DNA of 64,000 bases from the human T2T-CHM13v2.0 reference genome, Homo sapiens. Below are positions 27,840 through 50,345 of the stretch, piece by piece. How positions within the stretch are numbered: position 1 is the stretch's first letter; every line of letters begins with the position of its first letter. The notes below the pieces were generated by a model, which saw only the letters and a program-made list of their open reading frames with translations, had not been told where the DNA came from and made no database searches. The stretch lies in the NCBI RefSeq assembly GCF_009914755.1, contig NC_060935.1; one strand, given 5' to 3'. A program made the translations under genes and the position numbers.

Positions 27840-28143
27840 CTTTTTGTTTTGTTTTGTTTTTTAAGACAGGGTCTCACTCTGTTGTCCAGGCTGGGGTGCA
27901 GTGGCACAATCTCGGCTCACGGCAACCTCCGCCTCCCAGGTTCAATGATTCTCATGCCTCAGCCTCCCAAGTAGCTGGGATTACAGACAGGCACCACCAC
28001 ACCCAGCTAATTTTTGTATTCTCCGCAGAGATGAGATTTTGCCATGTTAGCCAGGTCAGTCTCGAGCTCCTGACCTCAAATTATCTGCCTGTCTCAGCCT
28101 CCCAAAGTGCTGGGATTACAGGCATGAACCACGATGCTCAGCC
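27840..28143 (-). mobile_element. Alu (old S/J), antisense, about 70 bp upstream of the OR56B4 ATG
   Basis: T-rich tail plus reverse-complement Alu body. Confidence 0.93.
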
Positions 28144-28167
28144 CCTTAGCTGAACTTTTAAACAGAG

Positions 28168-28183
28168 ATTTCTTCTATTTCAG
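28168..28183 (+). promoter_or_regulatory. Putative 3' splice acceptor of the OR56B4 coding exon
   Basis: Pyrimidine tract TTTCTTCTATTTCAG about 30 nt before the ATG; the paralog has an equivalent CAG at 49007-49009. Confidence 0.6.
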
Positions 28184-28212
28184 ACAGACACTGAGACTGA
28201 GGCACCCATTCC

Positions 28213-29172
28213 ATGGATACCTCCACCAGTGTTACCTATGACTCCAGCCTCCAGATTTCCCAGTTCATCCTGATGGGATTACCAGGCATTCATGAGTGGC
28301 AGCACTGGCTCTCCCTGCCCCTGACTCTGCTCTACCTCTTAGCTCTTGGTGCCAATCTCCTCATCATAATCACCATTCAACATGAGACCGTGCTACATGA
28401 ACCCATGTACCATTTGCTGGGCATATTAGCAGTGGTGGACATTGGCCTGGCCACCACCATCATGCCCAAGATCCTGGCCATCTTCTGGTTTGATGCCAAG
28501 GCCATTAGCCTCCCCATGTGTTTTGCTCAGATCTATGCCATCCACTGCTTCTTCTGCATAGAGTCAGGCATCTTTCTCTGCATGGCAGTAGACAGATACA
28601 TAGCCATCTGTCGCCCTCTTCAGTACCCCTCCATAGTCACTAAAGCTTTTGTCTTCAAAGCCACAGGGTTCATCATGCTCAGGAATGGCCTGTTGACCAT
28701 CCCAGTGCCTATACTGGCTGCCCAGAGACACTACTGTTCCAGGAATGAAATCGAGCACTGCCTCTGCTCTAACTTGGGGGTTATCAGCCTGGCTTGTGAT
28801 GACATCACTGTGAACAAATTTTACCAACTGATGCTAGCATGGGTCTTGGTTGGGAGTGATATGGCTCTGGTATTTTCTTCCTATGCTGTAATCCTTCACT
28901 CTGTGCTGAGGCTGAACTCAGCAGAAGCAATGTCCAAGGCTCTGAGCACTTGTAGCTCCCACCTCATCCTCATCCTCTTCCACACAGGTATCATTGTGCT
29001 GTCTGTCACACACCTTGCAGAGAAAAAGATTCCCCTTATTTCTGTGTTCCTTAATGTGCTGCACAATGTCATCCCCCCTGCACTCAACCCCCTGGCCTGT
29101 GCACTCAGGATGCACAAACTCAGACTGGGCTTTCAGAGACTGCTTGGACTGGGTCAGGACGTGTCCAAGTAA
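28213..29172 (+). CDS. OR56B4: Olfactory receptor family 56 subfamily B member 4 (class I OR, 319 aa)
   Basis: Intact single-exon 7TM ORF with [31 protein letters not shown] and PPALNP motifs; N-terminus [18 protein letters not shown] recognised as OR56B4. AATAAA at 29282. Confidence 0.93.
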   Translation: MDTSTSVTYDSSLQISQFILMGLPGIHEWQHWLSLPLTLLYLLALGANLLIIITIQHETVLHEPMYHLLGILAVVDIGLATTIMPKILAIFWFDAKAISLPMCFAQIYAIHCFFCIESGIFLCMAVDRYIAICRPLQYPSIVTKAFVFKATGFIMLRNGLLTIPVPILAAQRHYCSRNEIEHCLCSNLGVISLACDDITVNKFYQLMLAWVLVGSDMALVFSSYAVILHSVLRLNSAEAMSKALSTCSSHLILILFHTGIIVLSVTHLAEKKIPLISVFLNVLHNVIPPALNPLACALRMHKLRLGFQRLLGLGQDVSK

Positions 29173-29779
29173 CTCCAGCTTTAGGAATCCAGTAAGATGT
29201 TAGGAAATGACAGAGGTTTTAGTTCTCAATAGATCAGGGTTATAATCTGCACTTACCACACTCCCTAGGAAAAAAATGGCCAATAAAATCATGAAAACTG
29301 TCAGCCTCACTAATCAAAATATGTATATTAAAATTACAAGAAAATTTCCTATTACCTGGAAAATAAGTAAGAACAAAAAAGTGAAATGTTTCTAACTATT
29401 ACTGCTAGCCTACCCCGAGATTAACACTTTCCTACACAACTGGTAGGACTATAAACACACCAAAAAGCAATTTGGTAAAATTTATCAAAATGTTTATAAA
29501 TGTTTAAATGTTCTTAACCAGTAATTCTATTTTAGAAAAATATCCAAAAGAAATAGTCTAAATGCAGTCAAAAAGTTATTCATAAAAATCATTATAATAT
29601 GACTAATAATAGAAAACAAAGCCTTTAATATTTACACATATTTAACTCTTACATATTTATGTGCTTTTCATATGTAATTTTTATAATAAAAAGTAAACAA
29701 TAAATGTTTATTAAAAAGGAGTAAAGTTTAATTTTCGTACCCAAAAAAATCTCAATAATTAATGAATTAATGGTTAACA

Positions 29780-30180
29780 AGTGTTAAATACTTCTTGTAG
29801 GCCAGAAACTTTGATAAAATATGTATGTAGATTATCTGACTCAATTCTCACAATAACCCTTTGGGCAGGTACAATATTATTCCCAATTTCCAGCTAAGAA
29901 AACTCAGGCACTGGAAATTATAGAACTTGCCCCCTGACAGCACAGTTTCTAAGTGGGAGAGCTGGGATTCAAGTCCTGGGAAGTCTGATTGAAAAACCAT
30001 AGCACTATTCTTACTCTCAGTCTTGCTCTGTTCCAAAATTTCTGTGTGAACTTGAACAACTTATGAAACCTCCCTATGTTTCAATTCTTCTGATTAAAAG
30101 TGACAAAAATCATAACATTTTGCTGAGCCAAATCGCAAACATGCTGTGACAATCAAAAGAGATAAAGAATACATGCTTTG
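29780..30180. mobile_element. MIR SINE fragments (antisense ~29780-30010, sense ~30040-30180)
   Basis: MIR core ATTATTCCCAATTTCCAGCTAAGAAAACTCAGGC and GCTGGGATTCAAGTCC. Confidence 0.75.
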
Positions 30181-31349
30181 AAATAAGATATACACATGGA
30201 AATATAAATCTAACTATGTGGCAGTTTTCTTGCTAGGAAAGGAAGAAAATGGATCCTAGAAAATGCCCTATAAAAATAGTTTCAAATAACCTGTTAATTA
30301 AAGCTAACTGAATTTTTGCTGTTTGCTCACCTAAAAAAATTGCACACTTTTTGAGTACAAGAACCATTCATGTGTACTTTCAATGAGCCTCAGTCAGAAC
30401 ATTGCACACAGTAGGTGCTTAATTCATTATATAATCAGGGAGCATTATAGATCTGTTGAATTATGTGTATCAAAGAAAATACCTGGACCATGGTCTGAAT
30501 AATGACCTCAGGAAGTTTGCACATGAGTCCACCTTGGAAAACAACTTCTTAGGAAATAGCACAAGGACTAAAGCAACATCAGAAACCATCAGCTCATCTC
30601 ACCAGAGTAATGCATGCTGGGCAGCATAACAGAGCTGCAGGGGGAAGTCATCTGTGTGAGGGACAGGACTTCTTAAGAGTTATGCTTGGAAACTTACCCA
30701 AAAAGAGACTATCAACTTCCTCCAAAAGAATTGGCTGCTTCATTCTTTCTTGACAGTGATTCAAATGGAAGCAACTGATCATCTAATAAGAGGAGGCAAG
30801 AGAGAGACAATTACAGAAAGGATTTTAACTTAACTCAACCTCCCATGGTTTGTTACCCTGAAGGATCAGAGTAATAACATCTAATCCTGCAGAGTTCTTC
30901 ACAGTTTGCAAAATACTTTCCCACAGTGGATTGAGTAATTTCACATAATTTTCATAGCAGTCCTCTTAATTAGGAAGCTGTTAAAGGATTACTATTAATT
31001 CTTTTCTACAAAGAAATAGGGGCTAAGTTTGGGTAATTATATAAATTCACCCACTGGGAAGTGGCAGTACTGAGGCTCAGGCAGTTTAGCTGTCTCTGGT
31101 AGATGGCAATACTGTGCCATCCTCAAAGCTGCCTTTAAACTTTCATTCATACATACCTTTATTTATTTATTTGTTTATTTATTCATTCATTCAAAAATAC
31201 ATAGCATGAGTCTATGCACAGCAGCCCAAATTGTAGGCCACTCTCAACAACTTCTGTGGACATGTGTCTCAGTTCTTCTGAAAATAAATAAACACCTAAC
31301 ATTCATCTTGGAGTCAGGAAGATTTATGCAATTAATTATTCTCTCCTCT

Positions 31350-31950
31350 ATATGTGCCATGAGGATAAAAAAAGATTGTGCATTGTTTTATTTTTATGAA
31401 TTATTTATGTTTGTCATGTATTTCATATTTGCCCATATGCTTTGCTTTATATGATTTTAATACTGTCATACTATATTTGCCTGTTTGTCTTCTCTCATTC
31501 ACTTCTTTCCATATTCCTTTGATATTTTAACTTTAGTCTGTCTTTTGGAAACACCGTTAGTTTGATCTTTATTTTTAACCATATTTGAGGAACTTTCCCT
31601 TTAAATAGGGGAACTAAGTCCATTCATATTTGTTATAATTCCTATGATTTTGTTTTGTTTCACCCTGTCATCTTATTTATTTTTATTATGTTTTCTGGCA
31701 GATTTCTCCTACTCCTGACTTTTGCTGAACTGATCTCTTTCACACATCTCCCCACATCCCCATTTCATTGATCTGCACATTTTATTAAATATATCTATTT
31801 GACAGGTTGTTGTATGCATAACTTTATTAACACATTCAAACTTATACTTTTTTATTAATATGCCCAAATTACATAATAGTTATGCAGTATTTTCTCATTC
31901 CAATTCCAAGCTCAAGATAAGAACTTTATCATTTTTATGTCTCTTTTATT
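31350..31950 (-). mobile_element. Ancient L1ME-like fragment
   Basis: T-rich degenerate antisense L1 (CCATTCATATTTGTTATAATT). Confidence 0.5.
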
Positions 31951-31989
31951 CTCTGTTGAACATCTCACTGAATATGGCACATTCCAAAG

Positions 31990-32562
31990 ACAAGCATAAT
32001 AATAGCTCCCACCTCACATGCTCTTTTGCAGTGAAACATTAACAATTCCGTATCAAGAAATTGAACTTAGTTCCCCTTCTCCTTGAATCTGAGCCTCACT
32101 GATTCACTTTTAACCAAGAGAATGTGACAGAAGTCCAAAAAAAGCCATTCAGCATCCACTTGTGTCTCCTGGAAAATTTGCTCCCTGGTTGCTCCCTGGA
32201 GGATGCTCCCTGTCAGAATCCAGCTGTCACGTGATGAGAAGTCTAAACCACATGACAAGGCCAAGTATGGGGACTCTAGTCAACAGCCCCAGCTGAGCCC
32301 AGCCTTGGAATCATGCTAGCCCAGGAAGTCTAACATGTGAGTGAAGATGTCTTCAACAGATTCCAGTCACTAACCATTTGATCACCTCCAGCTGTCTGAG
32401 TCTTCTGAGCCAAGGCTGCATATTTGTGAAGTAGAAGTATGCCATCATCACGGCACTGCTCTTAAATTCCTGACACAGAGAATCTGTGAGCATGATAAAA
32501 TAAGTGTTGTTTGATACCACTATCTTTAGGGTGATCTGTTAAAAAGCATAGATAACTAGAAC
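31990..32562 (+). mobile_element. MLT1 (MaLR) LTR
   Basis: CCTTGAATCTGAGCC...AGAATGTGACAGAAGT; ends GTTGTTTGATACCACTA...GATAACTAGAACA. Confidence 0.8.
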
Positions 32563-34729
32563 ACTGGATTTTACTAAAATAATTTGGAATTTTAGTTCTA
32601 AGTCATAATTACTTTTTAAAGCATGTCGCTTCCAATTCAAAAATGTCTTAGAATTTTTAATATTCACAACTACATTATCAAAATTTATTTCTATTTGACT
32701 GTGAAGCTTTACTAAATTCATTGTTCATAGCAATTTCTAGTATGCTTCATTCTTCCAATATATTATTTGGTGTCCAATCAGGAGAGAGAAACCACATGAA
32801 TTTCAACAGGAGAAAGTTAATATAAATAATTTTTAATTATAACAAGGGATTGGAGTATCAAGAGATTGACTAGTAAGTAGAGAAAACGCTAAAGAATATA
32901 AGAATAGTAGATGCAGGGAGGAGCCATTGTCACTACAGATGAGAGAGACTACCTAAGATAAAGGACTCCTGGGCTGAGATCCAGACCTTATTGGAGAGGA
33001 TACAGAATGGAGAGAAAATGCAATCATGCTGTGCTCATGAAACTTGCTGAAAATCTACATTCTAGGATGCTAGGGAAAGTTGTTCATAAGGAGATAGCTC
33101 ACCAGAGACCCTCTGCTATAAAATCACCCCCAGGAAGCTACTGGGGGGAAGCTGCTGGCCACTGGATGCTGCTGACTGCCATGTACTGCAGGAACTGGGT
33201 ATTGGAGAAGCTGTACATGCTGCAGCTAAGCCTGACAGGCAAGCACATCAGAACCAGGAAATAAAATCCTCTCTAGTGACTTTAGTGAGAATAGTGAATT
33301 AAGAAATTCCAAGAGCCTGCCCCTCCACCAAACTAACAAATAAACAGGCACAAATTGTTAGAATGAACTTTAATGGAACTGGTCAAAGGTCTGCATCAAT
33401 GAGGTGAACACTTGATCAAAAAAAAGATGACAATCTCATAGGAGACCTCTGTGGCATTCTAACTCACTCTGGCTCTGTTCCTTCTTCTCCAGTTTGGTGG
33501 TAGTCTTCAGAACAGCATCCCATGTTTCCTATGTGGGTTCACGGTACCAGAAGGAGCAGAGGAGACCTGTTCTCTAAGAATTATTGGTGTTTTGACCCAT
33601 CTGATGGTTCACTGAAGGACAGGTGCAAAGAGCTTGCCTTTATTTTGCCTAACTCAGAATCTCTCAGGATAGAATGGCAGCTGTCTAGGGGCCTTGTCAA
33701 AAACAGCTGGTGAATGTGTTAGCCTCTGCCACCAGAGAGAAGGAATAACAGTCAGGAAATAACAGACACACTTAAAAGCTTGGACTGCTTATAATATTTA
33801 AGAGGTTAACTTTTTAACAAAAACTATGAGGCATGCAAAAAAAAAAAAGAAAGTATAGCCAATACACAGGGGTTAAAAAAAAATAGAAACTGTCTGAGGA
33901 AGCCCAAGTATTAGGATTTACTAGACAAAAACTTCAAATCAAATGTATTTACTCAGTGAGCTAAAGGAAACCTTGGACAAAGAACTAAAGCAAACCAGGA
34001 AGGAGAACAATGTCCCACCAAACAGAGCATGTTAATAAGGAGAGAGAAATTATAAAAAGAAACAAAATAAAAATACTGGAATTGAAGTGTGCTTTTCTAT
34101 ATATCCAAGAGCTCAACAAATTCCAATTAGGATAAACTCAAAGAGATGTACATTGAGACATATTACAATCTAACTTTAGAAAGACAAAAACACAAAAAGA
34201 AAAAGAAAAAAAAGAAAAATTTAAAAAGAAAGACAAAAACAAAGACAGATACCCAAAAGCAGCAGGAGAGAAACAACTTATTACATAAAAGAGATTCTCA
34301 GTATGATTAACAGCTGCCTTATCATCAGGAACCGTAGAGGCTAGAAGTCAGTGGGGTGATGTACTAAAATTGCTGGGAAAAGAAAAGGTCAACCAATGTT
34401 TCTATATCCAGCAAAACTATGCGCAAGAGTAAAGGAAAAAATAAGACATTCCCAGTGGCACAAAAACAAAAAAAAAAGAGAGAGTCCATAGCTAGTAGAG
34501 CTACCCTACAAAAAATGTTAATGGGAATCCTTCAGAATGAAATGGAAGGACACAATCGTAACTCAAATTTGCTTAAAGAAATAAAGAACGTAATATATTT
34601 ATGTTATTTAAAAGATAATTACATAAACAAAATTATAAATATATGTTAATGGCACACAATGTATAAAGATGTAATTTGTGATAATCACAAGATAAAGGGA
34701 AACAGCTAGACAGAAACAAAGTTCTTGTA

Positions 34730-34810
34730 TACAGTCAGCCCTCTGTATCCATGGGTTCTATATATGTGGATTCAACAAACTATAGATTTAAAATATTTTA
34801 AAAAATAATG
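34730..34810. mobile_element. MER2-like Tigger DNA transposon fragment
   Basis: TA followed by CAGTCAGCCCTCTGTATCCATGGGTTC, a MER2-type terminus. Confidence 0.65.
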
Positions 34811-35121
34811 ATTTTTTTAGAGGGCAGAACTGAATAATTGAGAATGAAAAACGTCTAAAACATGAAACAACAAGTAGCAAAATGACAGAAGTCCTTCCTT
34901 ATCAGTAATTACTTCAGGTGTAAATAGATTAAACTCTCCAATTAAAAGGTATAAATGGCTAAAATGGATTAAAGGAAACATAATAGGTTATCTACAAGAG
35001 ACTCACATTAAAATAAAAAACAAATACTTCGAAATGGAAAGGGTGGGAAAAGATATTCTATGCAAATAGTGAGCAAAAGAAAGCTATCCTATATTATACT
35101 AGAATACAATATATGAGTATA

Positions 35122-35482
35122 CAGTAGTCCCCCTTTATCCGTGGTTTTACATTACATGGTTTCAGTTAACTGCATTCAACCATGATCTTAAAATATTAAA
35201 TTAAAACATCCAGAAATAAACAATTCATAAGTTTGTCATTGCATACCACTTTGAGTAGCATGATGAAATCTCACACCACTCTATTTCACTCAGGACATGA
35301 ATCTTCCCTTTGTCCAGGATATCCACACTGTATATCCACACTGCTATCCACCCATTAGTCACTTAGTAATCCTCTAGAGTATCAGATCAAATGTCACATA
35401 TAGTGTACATAGGTTTTGGTACTATTTGTGGTTTCAGGCATTCATTCACTCGGAATCTTAGAGCATATCCCCCATAGATAAG
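35122..35482. mobile_element. MER44-like (Tigger7) MITE
   Basis: TA followed by CAGTAGTCCCCCTTTATCCGTGG; internal CCAGAAATAAACAATTCATAAG; ends ATCCCCCATAGATAAG. Confidence 0.8.
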
Positions 35483-35827
35483 TATATATAGCTAGACTAA
35501 TATGTGACAAAACAGATTTTTTAAAACTGTTATGAGAGATGAAGAACAATATTATATAATGATAAAAGGCAAAAAGGCAAATCTGTCAAGCAACTTCAAC
35601 AATTATACATATATATGCACCAAAAAACAGAGCCCCTAAATAAATAAAGCAAAAACTGATAGAATTGAAGGAAGACATAGACCAACTAAACCTAATAGGC
35701 ATATATAGAACACTCTAACCCAACAACAGAATACACATTATTCTCAAGAGCATTTGTAACATTCTCCAAGGTAGACCATATGCTAGGCCATGATAAGATT
35801 CAATAAATTTTAAAACATTGAAATCAT

Positions 35828-43330
<7,503 letters not shown>

Positions 43331-44974
43331 GAAAAAAAAGCTCAACATCACTGATCTTTAGACAAATGTAATCAAAACCACATGAAAAGTAGCCCAAAAC
43401 TTTATAGAATTGCCTACCGGGGTCACTGTAATGGAATTTATGGTCTTAAGAAATTACTAGTTGTATCATAAAGAAAAGACTGAATTGTAAAGTTAACTTC
43501 TAATAGCTTGTATATAAAATAAAAATGGACAGGAGAGAGAAGAAAATGGTTAACATATAGAAATAAAAGCATGCATATAAAAAGCAAATAAAAATATTTA
43601 AAACTGCTACGGTTCTTATTTCTATAATTGGTCACAAAGTCAAGCTGATATCTACCATATTTCCCCAACCTCTACCAGAACCTGGAGGAACCTTGTCTCC
43701 ACTATATAGAAGCAACTCAACTTCCCCTTGGTAATTGGGATCAATCATTGCAACTGATAGATTAACGTCTTTTTTTTTTCTGTTAGTTATGTGGTATAAG
43801 GCAGTAAAATGAGCCCTTTGATATGAGAATATATAAACATAGGGTCCAAATTAAAATATTTTCTGTTCTAATCCTCTTATGACATTTGAAGCATTTGCTT
43901 CCTTTACTATACATGCAAATTGAAATCCGGAATATCTCCCTATCCCAGTTAGGAACTATTAGTAACCTCCTGGGGCCAATAAAATCCACTTGCTAGCGAT
44001 ATATCAGTCTAGACAGTAGCTCATAGTGGCTTAGGTCTCTCATTATCATGTTGACAAGCAAAACACTTTTGAACTTCAGAGGGATTCAGTAGATTAGATT
44101 TATCTATCTGATTTACCTATTTACTTACTTCTCATTACAGCATCGCTAGAATAGCCTCACGACCACTCATCTCAGAAACCCAAAAATACTCTTCCAGAAA
44201 GCAGATTAGAACATTCAGTTGTTGATTCTAGTCCACTTCTGAATTCAGAAGAGTATTTTTCTGATGAGCTGTAACATATGCCTCTTTAAATTCTCACTTT
44301 CCGAGCTCATAAAGTTTTCCATAATATACCATGCCGTAATGAGATTCCTGACATTATTCAGTAATTCAAGGTTCATCTCAGATCATATCACCAATTTATT
44401 GTCTGTGATCTTAAAATGGTTATAATTCTATCTTACTAAATTGTTATCATTTAGCTCCTCTAATATCATGAAAAAAAATCCATTGAGCAGATTTATCTTT
44501 CTTTGGGGTAAGTTGATTGATTAAAAAAAAAAAAAACTATCACAGAGAACAATCTGTCCCAGAACAGACTAACATTTCTATCAGGGAAAGTAATTTCATC
44601 ACTCTTTTGTTCCAGTTTAATTAACACTAAAAATATGATGTCATGAATCGCAAGAGAGACAAGTGATCCTAAAAGAAAGAACTGATCAACACGGATTAAC
44701 TACTGGAGAGGATTCTGGTAAGATTAAGTTCTAAAATATACCTGTTATTTTTGACAATTTAAGGTCATTAGCAAAGGCAGTTTGTGTGATGTTATGACAA
44801 AAGTAAATTGCAGTGAGTTAAAACGCATTCAGGAAGTGAGAGAGAGAGCAAAATAAAGAAGCTACTCATAAAGTCTGGGAAAAGGGAAGTAGATAGGGGC
44901 AATCTCTGGAAGGGATATGGAGTAAAGATATGTTTGACGTGTGGAGACTTCAGAACCTTACTGTAATGAGGGGC

Positions 44975-45620
44975 AATATTCATCAGATAGGGATGAATTA
45001 ATGCCTGAGGAGTCTGGATGAAAAACTATTTGGTGGGCTGCCCCTGGGACTAGGGCTAAAGGGGTATACTCCTAGAAATTAGTCAGCTAACCCCAAAGAG
45101 TACCTGGGTCCTATTCCCATTGCAATGTTAAAAGCGTTAGGCCCTCAAGGATGCTTGTAGAGTAGGGAGGGCATAAAGAGCAGCACAACAGGACCAGGTA
45201 TCTCAGGGATCTAACTCACTCTAAATCCATAAACTCCAAGAGTGTTGAGCAAGGGCAGGAATCTGTTCTGAACAACAAAAGGGTGAACATAGGCAGCTGT
45301 GGCCAGGAAGGTAGAAGCAGCTACAGAAGACTTTGCCAGCCTGAGAGCTTCTTCATAGCCCTTCCTGATGTAGTAAGTAAAGCAGTCAATGACCTGAATC
45401 TTGAGAGGTAAGGGAACAGACATGGTCCATGTCCTGTAGTTCTGTCCTAATCTCTGAACTTGATTACGTGTCTTATCTTTGGTTTCCATAGTCAGCTTTC
45501 CTTGTTTGATTCTTCACCTCCAGTTCCCCACTTTGCCCAGACTCTTCACCTTTGTAGGGACTAAGGTCTGTGATCAGGAAACAGGAGAGAAATGAGGCTG
45601 AGCTAAGATGATCAGTGAAT
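44975..45620 (+). promoter_or_regulatory. Paralogous candidate promoter / 5' exon region of the OR pseudogene
   Basis: GCCCCTGGGA O/E-like site at 45040-45049; homology to 20440-21150; donor-like GTAAGT (~45373) and GTAAGG (~45408). Confidence 0.45.
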
Positions 45621-45719
45621 AAATGATAAACCAAGGGATCTAGAATAATACAATAAATTCTTTGTTCAAGATTCCCAGAATGAAAAGTAACTCCAAACAA
45701 AGGACTATTTTATTACATT

Positions 45720-47830
<2,111 letters not shown>

Positions 47831-49039
47831 GTTTATTATAATGAATAAATGGCATAGTCATTCATTCTTCTCAGAGGCAGTGAGGGATGGAGCCTTGATC
47901 TTACACTTAATACCATGAAATGAAGCAAAGGCAGAGATCTGGGAAAGATAATATTGATACCTAAATATTTAACAAGGTAAGATATTATTCATAGATAAAG
48001 GCAATATAAAGAATTCTCAGATATTCAAGGACTCCAGGCATTTTGTCCAAGTACACTTTTTGATACAATTACTTGAAAATATTTTGCAACAATTCAAGAA
48101 TAAACAAAGTAAGAGGGAAAAGAACCAAGTGTTACAGGGCCAAAAATGAGCCATAAAATTACTTAATTTTAAAAAGTCAAAATGTGTGCAATAAATGCTT
48201 GCTATATTTCCAAATTATTCCACAGAAAAATCTGGATGTGGTTGGAGGTTCACTGGTGATTTTCTCTCCTTACACCTTTTATTAATAAAATCGATTATTT
48301 GAAAATATAATTTTAAGTATATCTTTAACATTAGCTTCATAATCAGAAGAGGAAACAAATGATATTCCTAAAGGGTACTGACCTATGGGCTACTATTTGA
48401 TGGAGAGAGTGCTGGAATTAAATGCAAAAGATTAAAATTTTTTCTACAGATTAGTCACCAGTGTTTTCAACGTATGATTCTTATCTAGACGACTCATTCA
48501 ACCTATTTCCTCATATGTGAGTAACAATATCTGCATGGCGAAGATTAAATGAGATGGTTTGTTTCAGAAACAATTTGCCAACCACAGGCATTGTTTAAAA
48601 GAAAGGCATGGTCAGGGTTTCCATTATGGCTACTTATTCTCTTCTCAAAGGTTCCCAAGAATGGAGACGACACCTCTGCCCTCTAACTTTACCTGCTGAA
48701 AATCAGGTTCTTTATACTGTACATGTCTCATACTTTCTATCTATATTCCCCACCTCCCGGAATTTCAGGAAAATAAAGCTAGAAAATTTTCTCTTTAATT
48801 CTACTCAATATTCTACTAAAATTTTTTATCTTAGCATCTATTTTGGCCTGTCTGTTCTTATCTGAACTGTTTCCAAGTGTCTCAAGAGTGTAGAGAATGC
48901 ATTATGTTAAAAATGACTGAGGATTGTGGGTGAGCCTTATTTTTGTACAGAAATTTTGACCCTCAGCTGAGCTAACCACAGTCTTATTCTGTTTCCACTT
49001 AATCCACAGGCAGATGCTGAGAACAAAACATCTCATGAT

Positions 49040-49986
49040 ATGGATATTGGCCTGAGTATAGCCAATAGCTCAGGGTTTCAACTGTCTGAGTTCATTCTGA
49101 TAGGGTTCCCAGGCATTCATGAGTGGCAGCACTGGCTCTCCCTGCCCTTAGCTCTTGGTGCCAATCTCCTCATCATAATCACCATTCAACATGAGACCAT
49201 GCTACATGAACCCATGTACCATTTGCTGGGCATATTAGCAGTGGTGGACATTGGCCTGGCCACCACCATCATGCCCAAGATCCTGGCCATCTTCTGGTTT
49301 GATGCCAAGGCCATCAGCCTCCCTGAGTGTTTTGCTCAGATCTATGCCATCCACTCTTTCATGTGCATGGAGTCAGGCATCTTCCTCTGCATGGCAGTGG
49401 ATAGATATATGGCCATTTGTTATCCCCTTCAGTACACTTCCATAGTTACTGAAGCTTTTGTCATCAAAGCCACACTGTCAGTAGTGCTCAGGAATGGCCT
49501 GTTGACCATCCCAGTGCCAGTATTGGCTGCCCAGCGACACTACTGCTCCAGGAATGAGATTGATCAGTGCCTCTGCTCTAACTTGGGGGTCACAAGTCTG
49601 GCCTGTGATGACACCACTATTAACAGGTTTTACCAGCTGGCCTTGGTCTGGGTTGTGGTTGGGAGTGACATGGGTCTGGTCTTTGCTTCCTATTCTTTGA
49701 TTATTCACTCAGTGCTGAAGCTGAACTCTGCTAAAGCAACATCTAAGGCCCTGAATACCTGCAGCTCCCACCTTATCCTCATTCTCTTTTTCTACACAGC
49801 TATTATTGTAGTATCTGTCACCACCTGGCAGGAAGAAGGGCTCCCCGCATCCCTGTTCTCCTCAATGTGCTGCATATTGTCATCCCCTCAGCCCTTAACC
49901 CCATAGTATATGCCCTTAGGACCTAGGAGCTGAGAGCGGGCTTCCAGAAGCTGCTTGGTTTGGGCGAGTATGTGTCCAGGAAGTGA
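49040..49986 (+). pseudogene. OR56B3P: Olfactory receptor OR56B pseudogene
   Basis: Close paralog of OR56B4; 18-bp in-frame deletion in TM1; 1-bp frameshift near 49821; in the restored frame [13 protein letters not shown] is followed by TAG (49924-49926) and the original TGA is at 49984-49986. Symbol inferred from position next to OR56B4. Confidence 0.85.
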
Positions 49987-50019
49987 GCTAACTTTAAATA
50001 GCAGAATATTATACGCAAT

Positions 50020-50345
50020 GCTGAAGAAAGAGCACAGTCTTTGGAGTCCAACACACCTTGGTTAAAATTCCATCTCTCCCAATTGCTAGGAAGATTGATT
50101 CACATTAATTTATCTCTTTTGTATAGAACATAGCATGTGCAAGGCATTGCTCTAAGCATTGCACATATATTAACTTTTTTAATCCTGTAACAACTCTATG
50201 AGGCAAGCACAATTGTTATTTATACACTTTGAGGATAGGGAAACTGAGTTGGGAAACTTGCCCAAGGTCACAGGGGAAGGAAGTTGCAGAGTAAGATTTG
50301 AACTGAAGCAATCAGCCTTCAGTGTCCCGTCTCTTAACTCTTTCT
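50020..50345. mobile_element. MIR fragments (sense ~50020-50100, antisense ~50130-50345)
   Basis: GAGGATAGGGAAACTGAG...AACTTGCCCAAGGTCACA MIR core. Confidence 0.8.

Larger units (their letters stand above)
33280..35827 (+). mobile_element. Old L1M 5'UTR/ORF1/ORF2 endonuclease fragment
   Basis: Degenerate ORF1 and ORF2 start (TAAACTCTCCAATTAAAAGG...CTACAAGAGACTCAC). Confidence 0.75.

Noticed and set aside
49040-49906. 288-aa OR ORF as an intact gene
   Set aside because: The frameshift near 49821 removes TM7; there is also a TM1 deletion and a stop in the original frame.
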